In this document: positions 21,010 to 32,100 of the stretch, one piece after another | Position numbering within the stretch: position 1 is the first letter of the stretch | Layout of the letters: each line of letters begins with the position of its first letter | Source: Mytilus californianus | Lineage: Eukaryota | Direction of reading: 5' to 3' | Assembly (NCBI RefSeq): GCF_021869535.1 | Contig: NW_026262679.1 | Coordinates: 47,306,001-47,370,000, forward strand | Length of the DNA stretch: 64,000 nucleotides | Translations under genes and position numbers: made by a program | The notes under the pieces: generated by a model | Seen by the model: only the letters and a program-made list of their open reading frames with translations | Database searches by the model: none | What the model was told of the DNA's origin: nothing

Positions 21010-24000
21010 ATGGATGTTCAGAAAGATACTCGACCAAATGCAGCCGATATGATATCTTTACTGGAGACCAATATTGTCTGTACAGTGTCCCATATTGAAG
21101 AACTAAAAGCATATGAAGACAGGAATTTTTATTTAAGAATTGTAACGAGTGAACAAAACCAGTGTGATTACATAGGGAATTTAACAGAGTTTGTAGTAAA
21201 AGTGACAAAATGTGAAGAAATGAGCGAATTAAAGTGGAAATCTCTTAAGAAAATATTGAACTGCCTTCTGCATAATGGTTTTACCTGCACAAAGTTATTA
21301 ACTTCATATAAGATGGAGAAGAATGGTAAGTTTATACATGTATAATTTTGTACAATGATTATTTAAAACTTGGGACTACAGTCACTGTGCATTTGTATTT
21401 GGACTTTTCGAGAGAAAAAATTATATACTTTTATCCACATTTTTTATCTTATTCGTATATTAACTTTCATTTTAAATGTTTAAAGGGGGATAACTCTTTT
21501 ATTGTTTACTATGTGTATGCAGCTTTTAGACATAAAGTCCCCAGTTTTTCCAATGTAATATGTTTTTAGTTTTATTTTAATAAATAGTTTATTAGCACTG
21601 ATTCCTTTAAATGAATTAAAATATTGGCTACAAACTAGTACATTGAAAAAAGAACACAAGATACAATGTGCATGTCCACTAAACACAATACTGAATAGTA
21701 GAAGATGCAAGGTACATTTGTATACATCAGTGAGATATTTTTTCCTATTCTTATCTTGCTTTTACATTTAAGTTTTGAATGATAAGCATAGTCTTTCTTC
21801 AACAATGAATAGCATATAAATAGAGATTAAATTGAAGTTTCATCTCATACTTTGAATTCAGAATACTGTGCTTTACTAAAGATAAGATAAAACTAATCAA
21901 TTAGAATCTGGTATAAATTACTTTTTGTGATATGTGCATATATATATTTTGTTTTATAATTTCAGGAAAAAATTATTTAGTACTACTTTTGAATTACATA
22001 CAAGGAAGCCCATTGATGTACCATTGGTCAAAACTTAATAAGGCTATGGTGATTAAACAAGTGGGAGAAATGGTAGCTAATTTACACAACACATTACAGG
22101 TATGTTAATCAGAGACCAATCATGGTAAAGAAGTAGGGTAAATATGGATGACCTCAAAATTGATCTTGAAATGCACAGAACAGACAGTGAATTATTATTT
22201 TAAGCAGAAAAATGTTGATCTGATCACAATGCTTATGATATTACATCACAGTAAAAACCAATTGTTCATTAACATCATTCACGCCGATTTACCTCAGGTC
22301 AAAGGGTGTAACTCATTCACAAAAAACAACTTGAGATTGGTCTCTTCTTTAGAAAGTCATCTAAAGCTGTGTTGATCTTTTAATGTCTTTAGTGGTAAAA
22401 ATAATAATTGCAAATCAAATAATGTTGTTGTTTTGTAATTCACGTACCAATGTACATTTTTCCTCGAAGTTCTGTAGTGTTAATTTTATTTAACTAACCA
22501 GTCATTCACAACTCCTTTGTAATTTCTAATCTGTCTTCCATTGATATACTGCCACCCTTGCATATTGCCCAATATTTGCTTGGTCCAAAAAAGTTGGGAT
22601 TAGTGAGGGAGCACTGTATAAATAGTTATTTTCTTAATTAACAAGCTCATGTTTTTGTTCAATAAGGGATTTAATGTCAATTACGAAAATCTGACTTTGT
22701 GTCTAAATGCTTGTAGTATATAAACAACTCTTTAAAGTACAATTTTTAATTTGCATTTTAGACTTTAGATCCTTCATTGTTGGCTGCAGAGAAAGATGAA
22801 GAAGATGCCTGGGTCCTAGAAAATGCCAGTGTTATGTTAGGATATTTAATTGCAATCAAGGTACTAGGTTAATAAGTTTTCTTAGAACATCCTCCTGCTG
22901 ATTCATCTCATATTTTTAATCATTTGATTTATTTATGTTATTGGTAAGGTCTTTATCAACCAGATATATATTATTTCACATAGTGGCTGGGACTTAAAAA
23001 ATTATGTAAATTGGAAATTAATATGTTTGACTAGACTTTTTCAAAATATACCTGTGCATATTTACCTGACTAATTAGTATGTAGCTGCATATTGATGAAT
23101 ATGCAAATGTTTTAATTCAATGGAAGATTTTCTATCAAATACAAATTCTGAATTTGTGGAGGTTTGTAGACATATCATTAGACTGTGGGTTTGTAATTTT
23201 TTGTTTTCAGACTCTACACAGAAAAAATCAATAGCAAATATGAACATCCTTTGGTATAATAACTTTTTGTTTTGATGAAAATCAGTACTCTGTACTACAG
23301 TACAAATAAAAGTTTTAAGTTCACATTGTTTTTAATTTCATTTTCTTTTTTTAGGATGATAAGGAAAGGGAGGTAATAGAATCAATAATTAAACAGTTTA
23401 TTATCTTAATGGAGCAGAATGGAGAACATTTTACAAGAGGTAAACATGTTATTTAATTATCGCATTGGTTGATTCATGACTGATACCCAGATAACATGCT
23501 AACCTTGGAGTGTGGTAGGTCATGGGTTTGAACCCATGCTGGGTAAAACCAAAGATTTGAAAATTGGTATTTACTGCTTCTCTGCTTACCATACAGAAAT
23601 TTGTAGTAAGAGCAAAGACTGGATGTCTTGCAGTCACAGTAATGTAACCTAGTAGGATGAAATGTCTTCTGAATGTTACACTAAACTAGTACATAAACTG
23701 GAGGCTCTTAAGAGCCTGTGTCGCTCACCTTGGTCTATGTGCATATTCAACAAAGGAAACTCTCCAACATTGTAGACAAGAACAGAATTCATGACAAAAA
23801 TCTCTTGTTTTGTTGATCTTAAATTGCTGATCATTTTATAGTCAGTTTAGTTTCTCTCTATTTTCTTTAGTTTTTGCTCAAAACACAAAAGAGGGTTAAA
23901 AAAATCCTCATTTAAGGGCAATCACTCATATAAAGGGTGACAGTCTAATAACTATATTGGCAAAATTTGACTTGTTAGTAGATCTTGCCTTGCTGATCAT

Positions 24001-25727
24001 TTTTGTGATTTAAAGTGTCAATTTATCTATTATAATTTTTATCATATTAGGCAAAACGCAAAAAAATGATAACAATCGTCATTAAAGGGCAATAACTTCA
24101 ATAGGGAGTTGTAGGACGATTTCCTCCATATTGTCTAAATTGTAGATCTCGTCTTGCTGATCATTTTTGCTAATTTAAGTTTCTATCTTTCTATTATAAT
24201 TTTTAAGATATAAGGCAAAAACGCAAAAAATTGGTGAAAATTGTCATCAAAGGGCAATAACTCTAATAATGAGTTGACTGACGATTTCGACTCATAGACT
24301 TATTTGTAGAACTTTTTTTGCTGATCATTTTAGCATTTTTAAGTTTCTCCCTATCTATTATAGTTTTCAAGATAATAGGCAAAAATGAAAAAAATGGTAA
24401 AATTTGTCATTTAGGGCAATAACTCCTATAAGAAGTCATCTGACAGTTTTGATGTATATAAACAATTGGTAGAGCTCAACATTCTGAACATTTTCGCCCC
24501 GACAGATTTTCTCTATTTTTAACAGTTTTCAAAATAATAGACAAATCTTGCATTTTACCCCTATGTTCTATTTTTAGCCATGTCGGCCATCGTGGTTGGT
24601 AGGCAGGGTCATCGGACAAACTTTTTAAACTAGATACCCCAATGATGATTATGGCCAAGTTTGGATAAATTTGGCCCAGTAGTTTCAGAGGAGAAGATTT
24701 TTGTAAAAGTTAACGACAACAGAGGCCAACAGACGCCAAGTGATGAGAAAAGCTTACTTGGCCCTTTGGGCAACTTTAGGTCAACATGTGGCCTAGTACA
24801 AAGCAGGGTTTATATCTTTGTAACATTTAAATATTCTCATCCTGAATATGCATTGAATTTTCTATTGGACATGAAACAGCAACACCAACCAATGAATTAC
24901 AGGCTCCCAACGTGAGACAGGCACATATAGAATTTGAAGTAGTTAAAAATGTTTGTGAGCGCTCAACCCTCCCCTAACCTGGAGATCGGTTACCGTTAAT
25001 ACATAAAAAAAAAGTTTGGACCGTACTCTACCATATCCACCCTATACAATAAGGTCTTCCTGTACTGTGTAAGATAGAGATGGCACATGATGATCGTATG
25101 TGTAACCTTCTTTTCAAACAACGCTTATTTGACAACAATTAAATGCTTCAATTTTGTATAGATTGTAAATTATCCCAAGACATCTTGGTATAGTCATAAT
25201 GATATATATTTATATATCCTTGTACTTTTGCAGGAATAGTTCATGGAGATTTACATGATATGAATCTAATTGTGAACTGGAAAGATGGTCAACTTCAGCC
25301 ACATTGTCATTTTTCTGGGAATTATACAGTTCAAGATCTGTTTGGAATAATAGACTTCAGTGATATGTGTGTTTCCTGTTATATTTATGAAGTTGGACAG
25401 ATTATTCGTGATTTAATGGTTTCAACATGCCCAGATAATTGTTATATAGTGGCAGTTACCTTTTTGTCAGGTTATTTGAAATGCAGAAAATTAAATCAAC
25501 ATGAACTAAGTATTTTGTTTATTTCTATAATGACATCACTTTGTCAGTATTATGTTATAAGTGAATATAAATTCCATGGACAGTCTGACAATGAATATGC
25601 AACACTAGGTGCAAAAGAAGCATATCATTTGATTATGGAATTTCATAATACAAATGATATTTTTATGTCATTTCTGTCAAAGTTCTTACAAAATGAATTT
25701 CACATTGATTTGATACATTCCTCCTAG
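21010..25727 (+). CDS. HYKK: Hydroxylysine kinase-like (AGPHD1; APH/choline kinase fold), 375 aa
   Basis: Exons 21010-21325, 21966-22099, 22762-22860, 23355-23439 and 25234-25727 are in frame (1128 nt). Motifs YEDRNF, FVVKV, HGDLHDMN and IIDFSD are present. The acceptor at 21002 implies a 5' UTR exon upstream. Confidence 0.85.
23490..23680 (+). mobile_element. tRNA-derived SINE fragment (MetaSINE-like)
   Basis: GGGTTTGAACCC box-B-like motif followed by AAACCAAAGATTTGAAAATTGGTATTTACTGCTTCTCTGC. Confidence 0.55.
23694..24775 (+). mobile_element. Helentron/HINE-like element with internal tandem units
   Basis: Start hairpin AGGCTCT-TA-AGAGCCT, repeated AAGGGCAATAACT/TTGCTGATCATTT units, end GACGCCAAGTGATGAGAAAAGCTTACTTGGCCC. 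Confidence 0.6.
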
Positions 25728-25929
25728 GTAATAAAATTTAACATGATTCATTTACACCTTTTTATTTTTAAAGAAAGTCTTATGTGTCAAAAGAATGAAT
25801 ATGCATGAAAAGGTTGCCACTGGAGTATCTGAATATGAAGCAACAATATAGACTTTATCACTTTTTGGATATCTGTGAGACTTGACCCAAGAAATTGAAA
25901 CACTTGAAATCAGTGGAAAGAAACATAGG

Positions 25930-26092
25930 TGAACTAGTATACATTGTTTAGGGGCCAACTGAAGCCCACCTCTGGGTGCAGGATTTTCTTGGTGTGTTGA
26001 AGACCCATTAGTGGCCTTGGGCTGTTTTCTGCTCTTTGGTCGGGTTGTTGTCTCTTTGATGCATTCCCCGTTTTTATTCTCATATTTGTAGC
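25930..26092 (+). mobile_element. 3'-terminal fragment of the Penelope-like family, opposite orientation to the 31.2 kb copy
   Basis: ACTAGTATAC...GTTTAGGGGCCAACTGAAG...GGTCGGGTTGTTGTCTCTTTG matches the reverse complement of about 31190-31345. Confidence 0.75.
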
Positions 26093-27224
26093 TTACAATT
26101 ATAACAGCTTTTGATTCAAACCAGCTGTGTACAAATACTGCACTGATGCACTGACATGGTTTATCAAACATTTAATTTTATTCCGGCTTATACTAAACTT
26201 GTACGAGTAAGTCAGAAAATTGACTTCAATGCTTACAGCATTTCTCTGCCCTTTTCTGGACATTGATATATGATTTTCCATAGGATGTATTCAAAGTGAA
26301 AAGGATTACACAAAATGTACCTGCTTTTCTCTGTTTTGTCTTTTTTGTTTCTTTTAAAGTGATAATTCTCAGTTCTTTTTTTACGAGTTTATTTTAAAAA
26401 GTTGATGAAATTCAAACCTGGCGTACATACTGGTAAAAAATAGTGATCATTCCAATACTTTCTATTTAAAATTCTAAAATGACGTGCTGCTTTCGCTTTG
26501 TACACAACAGTGTGATAAAAATCTCGATGTAGCTATACTTAGCGCAGACTCAGAGATTACATATTGATGGCTGTTACTATTTACCTCCCATGTAAATCCA
26601 CATGTATCGTAACCTATTGTGCAAACACCATGTCGATTTCGTTGTGTTCAAATTGAAATTGAAAAAGAAACTACAGAACTGTTATTCCTATTCTAATGCA
26701 TAATTAAAAGAATTAATGCACAAGAGCTTAAAAATGTATAAAATCAAAATAAAATTCCGGGAAATTTTGTGAATGATCTTGGCGCATCAACGTCATGTCA
26801 TAACATGACGTCATACGAATGAGAACTCTCAATCTCAAAGTTTTACATCACGTATATGTCCTAAGTTCCGATAATATCACATTAAAGTGGAGTTTTTGAG
26901 GTAGGAGTTATTTCATTTTCTATTCATTGCATTTGCACATTTGTGGATTTCAGCAAGTCAACATGGCAGCTCACTCCTTAGTTACTACATGTCAGCTGTG
27001 GATTTGACAGTAAATAGTAGCCAACGAAAAAATGTTTGGGTTAAGAATTATAAGGATTGAACACCTTTTTACTACTGGTTATTTAAGAAATAATTCTAGC
27101 AAGACTTAGATTTATTTGAAATTTGAAGATTTTGTCTTACAGGGGGTAAATTAGAACAGCCATTCCCACGGCAATCTTACCTTCGCTTCAGTTTTTAAAT
27201 TACCGTATTTGTCCTATTAGAATC

Positions 27225-27344
27225 GAAATAATTCATGGAAGCCATAGATTTGTTGGACATTTAACGCTCAGGATAAAATTCGAATATCAAGGCCCAGGCC
27301 ATGTGTAAATGTCCAACAAATCTATGGCATCCATGAATTATTTC
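27225..27344. repeat. Long hairpin, 39-bp arms with 1 mismatch
   Basis: GAAATAATTCATGGAAGCCATAGATTTGTTGGACATTTA (27225-27263) versus its inverse at 27306-27344. Confidence 0.9.
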
Positions 27345-27439
27345 TTAAATAGTATTGCACATGCTAAAATGTCTTGCCTACTTTACTTATAGTATCTGAG
27401 AATCTGACATAATTACGAAAATTTATTAATTACCAATCA

Positions 27440-28310
27440 TCCATCAATATGAGATCAAGGTCAGATGAACACAATGTAATAATTCCTTACACAGAATATA
27501 AATGTAGTTGACCTAATGCTTGTTAGTATCTAAGAAATAAATTTCAATTTTGACTAATGAACCATGAAAATGAGGTCAAGGTCAGATAAACCTTGCCAGA
27601 CAGACATGCTCACCTTACAATCTTTCCATACACCAAATACACTTGACCTATTTCTTATAGTATCCAATACACTTGACCTATTTCTTATAGTATCCAATAA
27701 ATGAACACCACCATGAAAACTTAACACTGACCAATAAACAATGAAAACTAAACCTGCCAGACAGACATTGTACACTTTCCAATCATTCCCGAAACCAAAT
27801 ATAGTGGCCCTATTGCTGATAGTATCTGAGAAATAGACCAAACCAGAAAAATTTGAAAATGACTAATGAACTATGAAAAAAGGTCAATGTCAGATGAAAC
27901 CTGCCAGACAGTCATGTACAACTTTAAATTATTTCTGAAACCAAATACAGCTGATATATTGCTTATAGTATCTGTGAAACACTTAACATTGACTAATGAA
28001 CCATAAAAATAAGTCAAGGTCAGATGAAACCTGTCAGTCTGACATGTACATCTTACAATCATTCAACACACCAAATGGAGTTTTTGCTTATAATATCTGA
28101 GATACAGACTTGACCACAAAACTTAAATAATAATCACCTATCCATGAAATAAGGTTGAAGTTGGGTGAACCCTGTCTGAAGGACATGTAGACCTTGCAAG
28201 GATCCCATATACCAAATATAGTTGTTCTATTACTGATTTTAAATGAGAAATTCGCATGACTAAAAATTCCTCAATCAGTCGCTGAACCATGAAAATGATG
28301 TCAAATGGAT
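27440..28310 (+). mobile_element. Diverged copy of the ~147-bp-unit HINE-like family
   Basis: Repeated CCATGAAAATGAGGTCAAGGTCAGAT...CCAAATATAG units as in 1123-2243. Confidence 0.7.
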
Positions 28311-28567
28311 GATTTGTAATAAAATCTTGAGCTTATAAAACATATTATATATTTATTAATTTTATTTAATCATTAAAATTTTTATAAATTAACAAACAGC
28401 AGCACTCTTAATAATTGTTCTGTGATTTTACTATATGCAATTTCTAGTAACACTTTTCTGATGGTCCTGTGTATTAAGATCCTCTGGGGCAGCTACAGAT
28501 TGGATACTACATATGAAATTCACTGCTGAATCCAGTGATGATATCAAATAAGCTTTGTTTGTTACAT

Positions 28568-28568
<1 letters not shown>

Positions 28569-28598
<30 letters not shown>
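28569..28598. repeat. (TCA)10 microsatellite
   Basis: Read directly from the sequence. Confidence 0.95.
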
Positions 28599-29144
28599 AT
28601 CAAAGGAGATATTATCAATCAATGTTTATAACTAAACAGGCAGTCTGTTTACTCTCAGTAACTGAAAAAAAAAAATATGATTATTATTCATACAAAAAAT
28701 GGGTAAAGCAAATCTTAAAATTGTGGACAGATGGACATTTTTTGTTTCTGCTTCTACTTATTTAAAAATCAAAATTCAAGTCACTTTTTCTCAGTTTGTT
28801 ATAGGTTGGTGGGTTGCTGTATCATTTTTCATTCATGAATAAAATGAGATGCCTGGTTTATATGAATGAGACAGTAACCCAACAACACAAGCGAAGCAAA
28901 ATTGAACTTTCAATAGTTTCACCTGATCTCTCTAGATCTAACATTCAAAATTACGTGTTTTCATTGTTTTTTTAACATTCAAAGATCTTTATCATCCAGT
29001 AATCATTTGGTTCTGTTTGACAATCAGTCAAATTAATCGAAGCAAAACTGAAGTAATCATCCAGAAAACATTAGATTTGAAACAGTCAACCAAAGCAGCA
29101 AATAAAAAGGTTTCATGGTTTTTCCTCAAAGAAGTTAATGGTAC

Positions 29145-32100
29145 TTACCTTCCAAGTTGTCCCCCAGCTATACTGAAGTATCTGTTGAAGTCGAGTCTTA
29201 GTAACAACTGTGCTAAATGTGGACTGGCATTGTGACTCCGGACACTTGATAATATCTTAAATAATAAGTTTGACTGGCCTTGGAAATTCTGAAATAGACA
29301 AAAGCAAAAAACTATAATAATAAATACATGAAAACTCCATTTGAGTCGTATTATGATGAGTTAAATTTTGCTTGACTTGAACTAAATAGACAGTAAAAAA
29401 ATATGATAAAAAAATTTCAGATTTGTCTTAAATCGTCATGGAATTAAATGTCTTCTTCATTCTTATAGAAAATACACCTGTTATAAAGTGTTATTTAATC
29501 AGTTAATCTATAATTTCCATAGTCCTGATGACGCCGATCTAATCGGCGAAACATGTCGACTTATTAAATTTGCAGATTACTTAAGTGTTGTTGTCAATCT
29601 AGTGGCATTTAGAATTTCCATAATCGTTAAAAAATCAATGCTGTCACTAACTTTGATGGAAAGTAGACAAAATGAAATATAAATTGATAGATAAAAAACT
29701 TACTTTAGCTATACTTTCTAACTGGTTAAGTTCTCTATGTACCATAGGAGATTCACAATGCATCAACAGCTTACTAAAAGCCCCACACTGGTCTAATATT
29801 TCATGTAAACAATGAGATACCTGAAAAATCCAGATTTTATCTAAAAATGTTAAAAAAAAACCAATTACAAGTATGTCAATAGACTTATAGTTGCTCTCAC
29901 TGATTTTATATTTTATCTTGATTAGAGTAAGAAAATAGAGAGTAACACTAAAATTAAAAGAACATCATTCGAGAAAACAAGACTGGATAGAAATTCTTAT
30001 AAGCACTCCTATCATAATGATTTATATGTTTTTATTTTTTTTTATATTTAATTTGTGATTGTCTTTTATACTATATCTCTTTTCTGGAGTAGATATACTT
30101 AATTTCCATGTTTTTCCTCATTTGACTCAAAGATTGTGCTTTCAAATGTTTATCAAATCTAAAGACATTAACTTAATTATAAATATTCCAAGAACAAATA
30201 TATGGGTTAGACAACACCTTTTAATACCCCAATGCCCATAATTTTTTCTTTTCATTAGTAACAAAATTGTATTGGCTTCCATCCCTTTTATCCAAAGAAA
30301 AATATATGTGGTGTCCAACCTTCCAGTGGGAAATCTAGTGATAAAATATTACCTTATGGATTTTTCTAGAATTCCACAGGGTCCGGTATTGGGACCTATT
30401 CCCAATGGCAAAACCCCTACATTTTTCCCAATTTCGGGAGGAAAAAATTCCCGAACAATCTCAAAATTCATTTTCACCTATATTATTCATGACAGCGATG
30501 TTCATTTTATTCAACCGCTAGCTTTATGCTAAAAATTTGCAACAATTAATGTGTAAAACCGAGTAAAAACATATCTGACTGACAAAAGCAACTTTGTCAA
30601 ATGGATACAATAAACCTGAAATATGACATTATTGCAGATTCAGGGAGCAGATAAGACTAATTCCGGGCTTGCCGATCAAATACAATAAATAGATCCAAAA
30701 AAAATCTAGACAGGTGACAAATTACAGCTATAAAATATAAACACAAAAAGATATATGAAAAAGAAAGAAGAAACAGGAAAATTTTATACAGAAACTCAAA
30801 ATTAATTTTAGTTCACAAATTTTCATGTCAAAATCCAATAAAATGTGACATCACTTTTCTTTATCACATATAACTACAGATCTAGGAGGTAATTTCTTCT
30901 CAATTTTGAAGGGCCATTAAAAATCTAGAAGGGCTAGTGAATTTAGAAAAGTGTTAACATGCTTGGCCAGTTAAAATAAATCTTATTTCTATTCCTGAAT
31001 TATTTATTTTATCAACTATTACTGTCTTTGAAGATAAAAAAGGCGGTAAATTTTTATTACATGTGTGCTTTAACATGTTTTAGAAGTACGATAATTTTGT
31101 TACTAAAATAAATTTGATGGCCTTGTTGTGAAATTAAAAAAAAAGGACAGAAAATAAAATTTTAAATCATGTAGTTTCTTAATAAAATTGAGAATGGAAA
31201 TAGGGAATGTGTCAAAGAGACAACAACCCGACCATAGAACAGACAACAGCAGAAGGTCACCAACAGGTCTTCAATGCAGCGAGAAATTTCCGCACCCGGA
31301 GGCGTCCTTCAGCTGGCCCCTAAACAAATATATATACTAGTTCAGTGATAATGAACGCCATACTAAACTCCAAATTGTACACAAGAAACTAAAATTAAAA
31401 ATAATACAAGACTAACAAAGGCTAGAGGCTCCAGACTTGGGACAGGCGCAAAAATGCGGCGGGGTTAAACATGTTTATGAGATCTCAACCCTCCCCCTAT
31501 ACCTCTAGCCAATGTAGAAAAGTAAACGCATAACAATACGCACATTAAAATTCAATTCAAGAGAAGTCCGAGTCTGATGTCAGAAATGTAACCAAAGAAA
31601 ATAAACAAAATGACAATAATACATAAATAACAACAGACTACTAGCAGTTAACTGACATGCCAGCTCCAGACTTCAATTAAACTGATTGAAAGATTATGTC
31701 TTCATCATATGAATATCAGGCACAATCCTTCCCGTTAGGGGTTTAGTATCATACCATCATAACATATATGAGAAGAACATAACCCGTGTCATGCCAACAA
31801 CTGGTTTTTAAATAAATGTGTTTAGTTCCGATGCAAAGACCCTATAAGTGAATCAATATTAACGCCAAAATATGCAATCTTTAATGACCCGACAACAGTA
31901 TCGTAACTATATCCCTTCTTAATAAGTCTATTTAAAGGTTTTGTTAGCTTCAGAGGTGAATACTGACATTTTTGTGCTTTATAAAGAATATTTCCATAAA
32001 AAATTGGATGTGAAATACCTGAACGTATAAGAAGTCTGCATGTTGAGCTATATTTACGAATGATGTCCTTATACCGATGATAAAATTTAGTAAATGTTTT

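Noticed and set aside
31260-31330. Ribozyme-like fold in the PLE 3' end (CTGAAGGA...GGAAA on the minus strand)
   Set aside because: It does not satisfy hammerhead, HDV or twister consensus on manual inspection.
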